A stretch of DNA of 64,000 nucleotides from NCBI GenBank assembly GCA_963662265.2, contig CAXXHA010000016.1, forward strand, positions 21,516-85,515, given 5' to 3'. Each line of letters starts with the position of its first letter. Position 1 is the first letter of the stretch. This stretch comes from Spirochaetia bacterium (GTDB lineage: Bacteria > Spirochaetota > Spirochaetia > CADAEX01). Of the stretch, positions 42,201 to 51,722 are shown piece by piece. Below the pieces are notes generated by a model. It had not been told where the DNA came from. It did not search any database and saw only the letters and a program-made list of their open reading frames with translations. Position numbers and translations under genes: made by a program.

Positions 42201-43161
42201 TATCGGGAGACGCTATTCAGGTGACCGTGATTATTTCAGCCTGACTGCATTGACCGGCGACATAATCAGGGATCTTGAAAACAGCAGTACAGGGAAAGAT
42301 AAGATAATAATTCCCTGCAGTGAGGGAAACGATATCGGGGGGCAGTACAGCCAGCTGTTAAAGACATTTCTCACCAACGCCGGGCTTGAAAATATCAGGA
42401 TTGAGTCTCCTTTCATTGAAGATCTTATAAATAATGAATGGGGAGATCTGGAACCGTTTCTGCTGAATATCATCGCCGGTGATATCCTGCTGGCGCAGAA
42501 AAGCAACAGGCGTGAAAAATTCTTTCATGATATTCAGGCGATGAATAAAAGACGGACAATGACTGAAGCCGGTTTTCTCGAACTTGTTTCAGGTTGTAAT
42601 GAAGCAGATGATGCTGGAAGGAAAAAGATTTTAGCTGTCGGAGAGCCGGCGCTTCTTTTCAACAGGTTTTTAAACAGGTTTACTCTTGAAAATATTGAAG
42701 AGCAGGGTTTCTGCCTGTTCTGCTCTCCTTTGAGTGAAGCCTTATGGCTTTTCTGGCATGACTACTGTTTTAAGGGAAACAACCATGTGTCTGGCCTTGC
42801 AAAAGAGAATCTTGAAAGATTCGGGGATCTGATTTTCAAGACGTCAGAGATAGTATCAACCCCTTTCAATAAAAAAACAGAACAGCTGAGAGATTATGCG
42901 GATAAGTATGTTGGTTATTATGCCGGCGGTTTCGGGAGATACAGGGGGGCGAAAATACTGTCAATGCAGAATGAAATTGATTGTGTTCTGGCTCTTTCAT
43001 CCAGTAATGAGAATACCGGTATGGCCCTGAAAACAATGAGAAAAAATCACAGGAAAAAAATTACAAAACCCGTACTGGACCTGTTTTTTGACAGTAATCC
43101 GAATGCGGAAAATAAATTGAAACTTGAAACATTTTTATACTATTTAAATAAAGGAGAATGA
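39201..43161 (+). CDS. Large CoA-substrate-specific enzyme activase (tandem BadF/BadG/BcrA/BcrD ATPase domains plus DUF2229/HgdAB-like part); +1 frameshift near 39665
   Basis: GIDIG, EIGGQ, CAAGTGSF twice; AGRCSVF and GDRCTVF; CFPMK, GCGPD, EIDEH..TRLEAF. Confidence 0.88.
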
Positions 43162-43162
43162 C

Positions 43163-43762
43163 ATGAGACATGGACATCATTGCCGGTCCGGCAGGGGACC
43201 TTCCAGTTTCCGGATGCAGTCGCCAGAGTTATTGTTTAAAGAACTTGCGCTTGAGGAAGGTGAAACATTGCTTGATCTGGGCTGCAGTGTGGGGGATTAC
43301 TCTATCGAAGCTTTAAATCATATCGGTGAAAAAGGATTTATTCATGCAATAGATATAAATCCTGATTCCATAAGCGCTTTAAACGAAACTATTGTTGCAG
43401 AAAACATCACAAATATCAGGACAATTGTGAGTGATATATTGAAACCTCTCTCTCTCCCTGATAAATCGATTGACAGATGTCTGATTGCAACTGTACTGCA
43501 TACAGTGGATTTGTCAGAGATGGGAATTCAGCTTTTTACAGAAATAGACAGAGTGATGAAATACGGTTCCAGAATATCTGTCCTGGAATGTAATCCGATA
43601 AGAGACGGTTTCGGACCTCCTGAAAAATACAGGGTTTCATCCGAATATCTTGAAGAACTGATTATTCCGTTCGGATATGAAAAAATCAGCTGTTTTGATT
43701 TCGGGCACAATTATCTGATTCAATTCAGAAAAAGAGGAGGAGAATATGAAAAAAAACAGTAA
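43163..43762 (+). CDS. Class I SAM-dependent methyltransferase with His-rich N-terminus
   Basis: LLDLGCSVG, AIDI, ATVLH, FGPP; starts MRHGHHC. Confidence 0.85.
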   Translation: MRHGHHCRSGRGPSSFRMQSPELLFKELALEEGETLLDLGCSVGDYSIEALNHIGEKGFIHAIDINPDSISALNETIVAENITNIRTIVSDILKPLSLPDKSIDRCLIATVLHTVDLSEMGIQLFTEIDRVMKYGSRISVLECNPIRDGFGPPEKYRVSSEYLEELIIPFGYEKISCFDFGHNYLIQFRKRGGEYEKKQ

Positions 43763-45524
43763 AAGTTCAGTTAAAATACTTTTAAATATAGCAAAGCCGG
43801 AAAAAGCAAGGCTTTCCTTTGCAGGTTTTCTGATATTTATAAGTTCACTGTGTTCACTCGGGCCTTTTTATATTGCTTTCATGATTATTGAAAAAATAAT
43901 AAGTGGAACATATTCATACGAAGGATTATCCAGGCTTGGAATATTAGCCGCTGTTTTTATACTCGGTCAGCTTGTTTTTTCCGGTGCGGCAATGACCCAG
44001 TCGCATATTGCAGCTTACAATATCCTGTTTAAGATGAGGGTAAGGCTGTCCGGGAAATTATTAAAGCTGCCGATGGGATATTTTTCAAATACAAGTTCAG
44101 GTGTACTGAAAAAAATCATCATGGGTGATGTCGAGGCAATAGAAGAATTTCTTGCGCATAACCTTGTGGACCTGTTTTCTGTAATATTCATACCTGTACT
44201 TGTTTTCTTCTGGCTTCTGACATATAACATCCCGATGGCGCTCTTGAGTGTTGCTCCTGTATTTCTTGGAGTTGTTCTCCAGCGTCTCAGGGTTAAGTAT
44301 GATGAGGATAAATTCCGTTATTTTTTCAGATTAAAGGGGAGGATGAACAGCACAATAATTGATTTCATACGGGGCATGCCTATAATCAAGGCTTTTAATC
44401 AGAGTGTTTTTACATTTGAAAAATACAGAAACGAAGCTGAAGCTTACAGCAGTTTCTGGATAAATATGAATAAACAGGCCTCTATCTATATGGTTGTTTA
44501 TGCACTTCTGATGGACAGCGGAATACTTTTTCTGCTGCCGGTGGGCGGTTTCATGTACCTGACAGAGATGATTTCTGTTTCCTCTTTTCTGATGTTTATG
44601 TTCATAGGTATAGGCCTGACAAGGTTTATGAAGCAGCTGATGAATTTCGGCTCAAACATTAACCAGATTTCAAGGGGTGCTGAAGAAATATACAGAATAC
44701 TGGAAACAGATGAAATCCCTGATAGCGGTAAAGTGTCGGAAATTAAAAATCATGATATTGAATTCAATAATGTCTCATTCAGTTACGGCAAGACACCTGT
44801 GCTTAAAGATGCAAGCATTAAAATGAGACAGGGAGCAATAACCGCTTTTGTCGGCCCTTCAGGAGCGGGGAAGACAACAGCCGGAAGGCTAATCCCGAGG
44901 TTCTGGGATGTTGACTCCGGTGAAATAACTTTGGGCGGAATCAATATAAAAGATATAAAAAGTGAAATCCTGATGAATAATCTCAGCTTTGTATTTCAGG
45001 ACCTTTTTATGTTTAATGATACTGTTCTTGAGAATATAAGGATGTGGAACCCTGATGTATCAAGAGAAAAAGTGATTGAAATATCAAAACAGGCCCAGTG
45101 CCATGATTTCATAATGAATCTTGACAATGGTTATGATACAAGGCTCGGCGCCGGAGGCACCTTTTTGAGCGGGGGAGAGAAACAAAGGATTGCAATAGCA
45201 AGAGCTATTGTCAAAGACTCTCCTGTTATAATCCTTGATGAGGCAACTTCCTATGCAGATACAGAGAATGAAGCAAAAATACAGGCAGCTCTATCCACTC
45301 TCCTTAAAAACAAGACTGTAATAATTATCGCGCATAGATTATCAACAATAAAAAATGCTGATCAGATAGTTGTATTTGATAATGGCAGTGTCATAGAGAA
45401 GGGTACTCACGAAAGCCTTTTATCTGAAAACGGTAAATACAGGCAGATGTGGGACAATCATGTCGATGCGTCCGACTGGAGTATCGGTCCAGTGAGCAGT
45501 AACAGAGAAGGAGTTCTGGTGTGA
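43746..45524 (+). CDS. ABC transporter fused permease/ATPase (YbtP/IrtA-like subunit)
   Basis: SHIAAYNIL..LPMGYF..KKIIMGDVEAIEEFLAH; GPSGAGKT; LSGGEKQR; LDEAT. Confidence 0.9.
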   Translation: MKKNSKSSVKILLNIAKPEKARLSFAGFLIFISSLCSLGPFYIAFMIIEKIISGTYSYEGLSRLGILAAVFILGQLVFSGAAMTQSHIAAYNILFKMRVRLSGKLLKLPMGYFSNTSSGVLKKIIMGDVEAIEEFLAHNLVDLFSVIFIPVLVFFWLLTYNIPMALLSVAPVFLGVVLQRLRVKYDEDKFRYFFRLKGRMNSTIIDFIRGMPIIKAFNQSVFTFEKYRNEAEAYSSFWINMNKQASIYMVVYALLMDSGILFLLPVGGFMYLTEMISVSSFLMFMFIGIGLTRFMKQLMNFGSNINQISRGAEEIYRILETDEIPDSGKVSEIKNHDIEFNNVSFSYGKTPVLKDASIKMRQGAITAFVGPSGAGKTTAGRLIPRFWDVDSGEITLGGINIKDIKSEILMNNLSFVFQDLFMFNDTVLENIRMWNPDVSREKVIEISKQAQCHDFIMNLDNGYDTRLGAGGTFLSGGEKQRIAIARAIVKDSPVIILDEATSYADTENEAKIQAALSTLLKNKTVIIIAHRLSTIKNADQIVVFDNGSVIEKGTHESLLSENGKYRQMWDNHVDASDWSIGPVSSNREGVLV

Positions 45525-47272
45525 TAAATACTTTGAAAATGATTTCATCAAGAAACAGAATCAAGCTGGTGAAGATTTCACTTATTTCGATTATGGAGGC
45601 AGTCTTCGGATCTGTTCCATTTGTCATACTTTATTTTATTTTGTGTGATATTATTGACAGGAATTTAACTGAAGATAAATTCAGGTTATATGTAATTATG
45701 ATTGCAGCTACCGCCATGTTCAGGGTCGTATTTTCCTTTTTGAATGTCACTGTATCAAGAAACAGCGGCGCTCTGATGATCAGGGACCTTAGGATGAGGC
45801 TTGGCGAGCACATAAGGAAGCTTCCTCTCGGGTTTTTCAATAAAAACGATGTCGGGGAGCTGTCATATAAGACTCTTGATAATGTGAACCGGGTGGAAAT
45901 GATAGTAACTATGATTCTGCCGCAGATGATATCTACCAGTGTCTTGAGTCTGATAGTTGCAGCAGGTCTTTTCTTTATAAATACCAGAATGGCTGTCGCA
46001 ATGATAGTCACAATGCCTGCTGCATTTATTATTTTGATCTGGGCAAGAAAAATTATGGACAGGCAGGGATACAAGCTGCACGCCTCCTCAATGAACCTTG
46101 CCAATTCGCTGCTTGAATTTATTACCGGTATCAAACATCTTAAATCATATAATCATTCCGGCAGGAAGCATGATGAACTTGTTTCCTGCATGGATAAGTT
46201 TAAAACAGAGAGTCTGAAGACTGAAGGTACCTTAAGCCCTGTAATGGTTCTTGCAGGGATATCAATAGATTTCGGTCTTGTTATGCTGATCATGACAGGC
46301 TCCTACCTGATGACAGGGGGAGAGATCACAGGCAGGGTTTTTCTCATCTTTATTATCCTGAGCACACGGTTTTTCGAGTCACTCAAGGAGATGTCTATAA
46401 ACTATGTTAAAGTCAAATATCTCGGGATTGCAGGGGAATCAATACAGAATATTTTCAATGAAAAAATTCTTGAAAGCGATGGAAACAAATATGTCATACC
46501 TGACTGTAACATCTCATTCAAAGATGTTTCATTTTCATATGATAACAGGAAAGTGATTAAGGATATTGATCTTGATATAAGAGAAAAATCAATGACTGCA
46601 TTTGTAGGGCCTTCCGGTTCAGGTAAAACAACAATGGCAAATCTTATTGCGAGGTTTTACGATGTGGATTCAGGCAGTATTACAATCGGCGGGATAAATA
46701 TCAGAAACATGGATCCTGAGTTTCTCCTGAGTAATATGAGCATGGTTTTTCAGAATGTGATGCTGTTCCATGACACAGTAATGAACAATCTTAAAATAGG
46801 GAAAGCAGGTGCAACTCCCGAAGAAATTATTGAGGCTGCCAAAAAGGCAAATGCCCACGATTTTATCATGCAGCTGCCTGATGGGTATGATACTGTTGTG
46901 GGTGAAAACGGATCGACTCTGTCCGGAGGGGAGCTTCAGAGGATTTCAATTGCAAGGGCAATTTTAAAGGATGCTCCTGTAATTCTTCTCGATGAAGCAA
47001 CAGCATCTCTTGACCCTGAGAATGAAATATTCATACAGAATGCTATTTCCAACCTGCTTGAGGACAAGACAATTATAGTTATTGCACACAGGCTGAAAAC
47101 TATCAGGAATGCGGACAAGATTGTTGTTATGGACAGCGGTAAAATAACTGAGGAGGGGACTCATTCTGAACTTATATCAAACAGGGGATTGTATTACGAT
47201 ATGTGGAAGTCCCAGGAAAGAACAGCAGGATGGGAAATCTCAAACGCTTCTGAATACTCTTATGCTAATTAA
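45521..47272 (+). CDS. ABC transporter fused permease/ATPase (YbtQ/IrtB-like subunit)
   Basis: RMRLGEHIRKLPLGFF; GPSGSGKT; LSGGELQR; LDEATASLDPENE. Confidence 0.9.
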   Translation: MINTLKMISSRNRIKLVKISLISIMEAVFGSVPFVILYFILCDIIDRNLTEDKFRLYVIMIAATAMFRVVFSFLNVTVSRNSGALMIRDLRMRLGEHIRKLPLGFFNKNDVGELSYKTLDNVNRVEMIVTMILPQMISTSVLSLIVAAGLFFINTRMAVAMIVTMPAAFIILIWARKIMDRQGYKLHASSMNLANSLLEFITGIKHLKSYNHSGRKHDELVSCMDKFKTESLKTEGTLSPVMVLAGISIDFGLVMLIMTGSYLMTGGEITGRVFLIFIILSTRFFESLKEMSINYVKVKYLGIAGESIQNIFNEKILESDGNKYVIPDCNISFKDVSFSYDNRKVIKDIDLDIREKSMTAFVGPSGSGKTTMANLIARFYDVDSGSITIGGINIRNMDPEFLLSNMSMVFQNVMLFHDTVMNNLKIGKAGATPEEIIEAAKKANAHDFIMQLPDGYDTVVGENGSTLSGGELQRISIARAILKDAPVILLDEATASLDPENEIFIQNAISNLLEDKTIIVIAHRLKTIRNADKIVVMDSGKITEEGTHSELISNRGLYYDMWKSQERTAGWEISNASEYSYAN

Positions 47273-47527
47273 AAAAATTACATGACTTAATACCGGATGA
47301 TATAGAAATATTGAATAATATTCTGACATTTAAGTTTCCATATGTATCAGAAGGTAGCAGCTATTCTGCCGTTATGCAGATAGAAGGTTAAATGTGATAT
47401 CTCCCGGAGTAAAAATATTTTATTCCGGGAGAATTGCATAAAAGTTATGAATAGATTCGCCATCGAATATGAAGGGTGTTTTGATATTTGAAAAAAGAGC
47501 TTTACACAAAAAAGTTTAAAGGCCCTA

Positions 47528-48394
47528 TTAATTGTGAAGAACACCTCTTACTTTCTGGGCAGAGAGTTCTATTGCTTTTTTTGTCCTGTCATAATGCCTT
47601 ACTGCAACACCTGAATAGATTATATCCATGATTACTATCTGTGAAAGTCTTGAAAAAGATGATATCTGGAAATCATCAAGTTCCTCAATCCTTGTTGTAA
47701 GCTTGATATCTGCAATTTTAATAAGAGGCGATTTATTGGGGCCGGTAATTGCAATTGTTGTTGCCCCGTTGTTTTTTGCTATTTCCATGGATTTTATTAC
47801 AACTTCGGTTCCCCCTGAATAGCTTATCCCGATTGCAACATCATCAGGGCCGAGGAGTGCAGCCGATACTCCCATTTCCGCAGGGTCTGTATAAACCCTG
47901 CTGCTGATCCCTGCCCTGTAAAACCTCAGAAATGCATGTTTTGCTGCAACTCCTGAATTACCGGTACAGTAGTAGTTTATTGTTTTTGCAGATGCAATTG
48001 CATCAATTGCATGTTCTATCTCCCTGATATCAATATTATCTATTGTGTCATCTATTGTTGAAACAAATTCATTTTTAATTTTAGTTATTATTGTTTTAAG
48101 GTCGTCCTTTTTTTCTATATCACCTATTATAAGAGATTCTTTGGGTTCTTCCGCGTTTACAGCTTCGACCTGGGCAACAACCATTTTAAAGTTGTGAAAA
48201 CTGCTGAATCCGATTTTCTTAATAAACCTTGTAATTGTTGCTTCAGAAACATTACATCTTTCTGCAAGGGTTTTGATTCTCATGTATTTTAACTCTTCCT
48301 TGTTGTTGAGAATAAAGTCAGCAACATTTAGAAAAGCCTTGTTAAAAGATGGTTTCAGATTTTCAATTCTTATAAATAAATCACCGTGAATCAT
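47528..48394 (-). CDS. RpiR/MurR-family regulator (HTH + SIS)
   Basis: LAERCNVSEATITRF..IGF; IGISYSG; IAIT. Confidence 0.92.
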   Translation of the reverse strand: MIHGDLFIRIENLKPSFNKAFLNVADFILNNKEELKYMRIKTLAERCNVSEATITRFIKKIGFSSFHNFKMVVAQVEAVNAEEPKESLIIGDIEKKDDLKTIITKIKNEFVSTIDDTIDNIDIREIEHAIDAIASAKTINYYCTGNSGVAAKHAFLRFYRAGISSRVYTDPAEMGVSAALLGPDDVAIGISYSGGTEVVIKSMEIAKNNGATTIAITGPNKSPLIKIADIKLTTRIEELDDFQISSFSRLSQIVIMDIIYSGVAVRHYDRTKKAIELSAQKVRGVLHN

Positions 48395-48741
48395 AAGGAA
48401 ATTATATATTCTGCCGTGAAAAACAGCAACTTCTTTCTTTGAAAATTATTTTCTTGACACATCGGAATACAATGTTAAAATAAATGAAAAATAATTTCAC
48501 GATATACGTGAAAGATAATTTCTTGGATAAATAAGCATTCCCCGCCTCAGTAACAAACACATACATAATCAGGTGATTTATAGTGTCCCTGGTAAATATA
48601 TAAAACAAGCGGGAAAGTAGTTAGTGATTAAGTATCACTTTGATTGCATCGCAATTATTACAGGAGTTCAGCATAAATACATATTTCTATGATCTATGCA
48701 GCGTTATGAGTAATTGGAAAAATCATGCTGTTGTTGTTTAC

Positions 48742-49977
48742 ATGAGAAACCGTAAAGTATTTCTTGTTTATACAATTCTAATATTTATAACTATTTTCTA
48801 TATGATAACATTTCCCTCATACCGCTTTATGGACAAGCTTTATAAAAAAACAGATGAGCTTAACAAGCTTTATGAGAACTGGCTTCATATGAGAGCTGAA
48901 GTAACTCTGTATCTTTCTTCTGAAAAAAAAGAAAAAGATAAAAACCGGTTTATCGATTCTGTAACAGTATTTGACATATCATTTGAATATCTGATTGATG
49001 AAGATATATATCAGATAATTGAAAAAAAAGAACCTGATATGAGAGACAGCAGGATGCTTCTTGTTCAAAGCTGGCAGAATATCCAGTTTGAACTGGTTAA
49101 AATAATCCAGGAAGAGGGGAGCATAGAATCCTTTGCTGAACATGTCAGCGGATTTATGAATGATACAGAACGCTTTGAAAAGAATCTGAAAAAGATAATT
49201 CAAAAAGCAAATAATTACCGTAAAAACGGATACAGGCTCAACCTGTTCATACTGTATTTTTTCAGCATTGTTGTTCTTTTTCTGTATACAGTTACCATTA
49301 TAGAATATTTTCAGACAGAAAAAGCCAAGAGATCAGAAAAAGAGATAAGGAAACTTTCTGAAACACTGATTTCTGTGAGGGAAAACGAAAGGAAAAGAAT
49401 AGCTCTTGATATTCATGATACCCTTGTCCAGAAACTGGGAAAAATAAAAACAGACCTGGTGAAAATCAATGATTGCAGGGTGATTGAGGAAGAAATTGTA
49501 GAAACAATTGCAATAGCGAGGAGTATTTCATATAACTTAAGACCTATTGAAATAAGGGAGGAATTTTTTTCTTCTCTTGATCATTATCTGACAGATCTTT
49601 CGTTTCAGTACAATTTTAAAATCAGCAAGACAATCATAGGGTTCGGTAAAATTAAATTAAAAGAAGAGTTCCAGATAAATCTGTTCAGAATTGTTCAGGA
49701 AATTTTTCAGAATATTATTAAACATTCCGGTGCTGATAAGGTGAAATTCAAACTGATATTTTCATATCCCTATATTCTTCTGACTGTTTCTGATAATGGG
49801 GCTGGATTTGATTACTATCCTCTAAAATGGAAGAAGGATAAGTTGTCATCAGAACATATGGGCATTACCGGAATATATGAGAGGGTGAGACTCTTTGCAG
49901 GAGAAGTTAAAATCAAGAGCAATAAAGGGGAAGGCACTCTTGTAAAAATCAAATTACCATATAGAGGATTTAAGTAA
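48742..49977 (+). CDS. HisKA_3-type sensor histidine kinase
   Basis: Two TM; ENERKRIALDIHD; FRIVQE..NIIKHS; DNGAGF; HMGITGIYER. Confidence 0.9.
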   Translation: MRNRKVFLVYTILIFITIFYMITFPSYRFMDKLYKKTDELNKLYENWLHMRAEVTLYLSSEKKEKDKNRFIDSVTVFDISFEYLIDEDIYQIIEKKEPDMRDSRMLLVQSWQNIQFELVKIIQEEGSIESFAEHVSGFMNDTERFEKNLKKIIQKANNYRKNGYRLNLFILYFFSIVVLFLYTVTIIEYFQTEKAKRSEKEIRKLSETLISVRENERKRIALDIHDTLVQKLGKIKTDLVKINDCRVIEEEIVETIAIARSISYNLRPIEIREEFFSSLDHYLTDLSFQYNFKISKTIIGFGKIKLKEEFQINLFRIVQEIFQNIIKHSGADKVKFKLIFSYPYILLTVSDNGAGFDYYPLKWKKDKLSSEHMGITGIYERVRLFAGEVKIKSNKGEGTLVKIKLPYRGFK

Positions 49978-50630
49978 TGATTAACAATATCCTGCTTGTT
50001 GATGATCATCCGTCAGTCAGGGAAGGTTATAAAACAATTATCAGCAGAAACAGCCTTGCACAAAATATCCATGAAACAGGAACGTTCAATGATGGTTATC
50101 AGAAAGCTCTCTCTGTTAAACCGGAGTTGATTCTGATGGATATCTCGCTGCATGGGAAATCCGGGATAGAACTTTTAAAAAAAATTCTGAAAATACAGCC
50201 TGAAATTAAAATAATTATGGTCAGTATGTATTCAAAGACACATTATATTGTGAGTTCTCTTGAAGCAGGAGCAAAAGGGTATGTTCTAAAAGAATCCAGA
50301 CCTGAAAAAATAGTAAAATGCATAAAAAGTGTTTTAAAAAATGAAATATATGTGGATAGTCATATAAGCGGAAAAGTGATAAGCCGTCTCCTTGCTGGAA
50401 ATGACGATGATATAGTCATGGGCGAATCCTATGAATCATTGACTTTCAGGGAACAGGAGATCCTGAGACTTCTTGCAGAAGGTCTCAGCTGCAAGGAAAT
50501 TGCTGATCAGCTTTGTATCAGTGAGAAAACTGCAATTAACCACAGAACAAATATAATGACAAAACTCTCCTGCAATAACATGGTTGAATTAATCAAATAT
50601 GCGATTCACATTGGTCTGATCGAAATTTAG
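49977..50630 (+). CDS. NarL/LuxR response regulator
   Basis: LVDDH, LMDISL, GAKGYVLK, LTFREQEIL..HRTNIMTKL. Confidence 0.93.
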   Translation: MINNILLVDDHPSVREGYKTIISRNSLAQNIHETGTFNDGYQKALSVKPELILMDISLHGKSGIELLKKILKIQPEIKIIMVSMYSKTHYIVSSLEAGAKGYVLKESRPEKIVKCIKSVLKNEIYVDSHISGKVISRLLAGNDDDIVMGESYESLTFREQEILRLLAEGLSCKEIADQLCISEKTAINHRTNIMTKLSCNNMVELIKYAIHIGLIEI

Positions 50631-50741
50631 TTACACTGATAGGAATATCTCCTGAAACAGGAATGTAAATGAAAAATCTTCCCATATATTTACCACGGAT
50701 CCGGATTTACTATTAATCAAGAAAAATTTTAGGAGAGAATT

Positions 50742-51722
50742 ATGAAAAAGAAAATTTTATTAAGTTTAATGTGTCTTTTCATGTTAGGCAGCTTTTCTTT
50801 TGCAAGTGGATCAGGTGAAAAATCAGATCAATCAAAGAAATCAGAAAGGAAATTTGTTCAGATTAAGTCCTCATCAATCGGAGGATCCTGGTATGCTGCC
50901 GGGGCTGCATGGGCTAAAGTAATTTCTGATAACAGTGATTATATAGCAATGAACAGCGCATCTCCCGGATACACAAATGAAAGTGTTACACGAATGCTGG
51001 AAGGTAAAGCCCAGCTGGCATGCGCGGATGGTATAGCTGCATTCCCTGCATATAGCGGTAAAGGGAAATGGGAAAACCCTGTTGAAATACGGGCACTGTT
51101 TAATCTCTGGCCGGGTGTATATGACATGGTTGTTATGGAGGATTCTGAATTCAAGACTCTGTCAGACCTCAAGGGAAAGAAAATTGCCACATATGCCGAG
51201 GGGGAACCTACCGGTCTTGCATTCCTCGATTTAATGAAATGGGCGGGAATTACACCTGAAAATACAACAATATTCAGAGTAACTAAAAAGGATGCGACAA
51301 GAATGTTTATCGACGGAAGCGCCGATTGTCTTGTTTATGCTTTCGGACATGGACATGCAAATCTCAAGGAAATAACAAGTACAAGAGATGTCAGGTTTAT
51401 ACATGTACCTGAGGACCTTGAAAAACGGTTTATGAAGGAATATCCCTATTTCACAACAACTATATTCGGATCTGAGTTTGGTGTTGAGGATGTGAAACAG
51501 TTTTCATCTCCGTATTTTACAATTGCACTCGCGGAAATGTCTGACGAAGATGCTTATCTTTTTACAAAGCTGTGGTGGGAGAACTGGGATTTTCTCGAAG
51601 ATGCTATTCCCGCATATGTTAAATGGGTTGACAAGAAAAATGTAACTGATGGAATTCCGATACCGTTCCACCCGGGAGCAATAAAATATTATAAAGAAAT
51701 CGGTGTCTGGAAGGAGCAGTAA
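50742..51722 (+). CDS. TAXI-family TRAP solute-binding protein
   Basis: Signal peptide; SSSIGGSWY; SDLKGKK; PIPFHPGAIKYYKEIG. Confidence 0.88.
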   Translation: MKKKILLSLMCLFMLGSFSFASGSGEKSDQSKKSERKFVQIKSSSIGGSWYAAGAAWAKVISDNSDYIAMNSASPGYTNESVTRMLEGKAQLACADGIAAFPAYSGKGKWENPVEIRALFNLWPGVYDMVVMEDSEFKTLSDLKGKKIATYAEGEPTGLAFLDLMKWAGITPENTTIFRVTKKDATRMFIDGSADCLVYAFGHGHANLKEITSTRDVRFIHVPEDLEKRFMKEYPYFTTTIFGSEFGVEDVKQFSSPYFTIALAEMSDEDAYLFTKLWWENWDFLEDAIPAYVKWVDKKNVTDGIPIPFHPGAIKYYKEIGVWKEQ

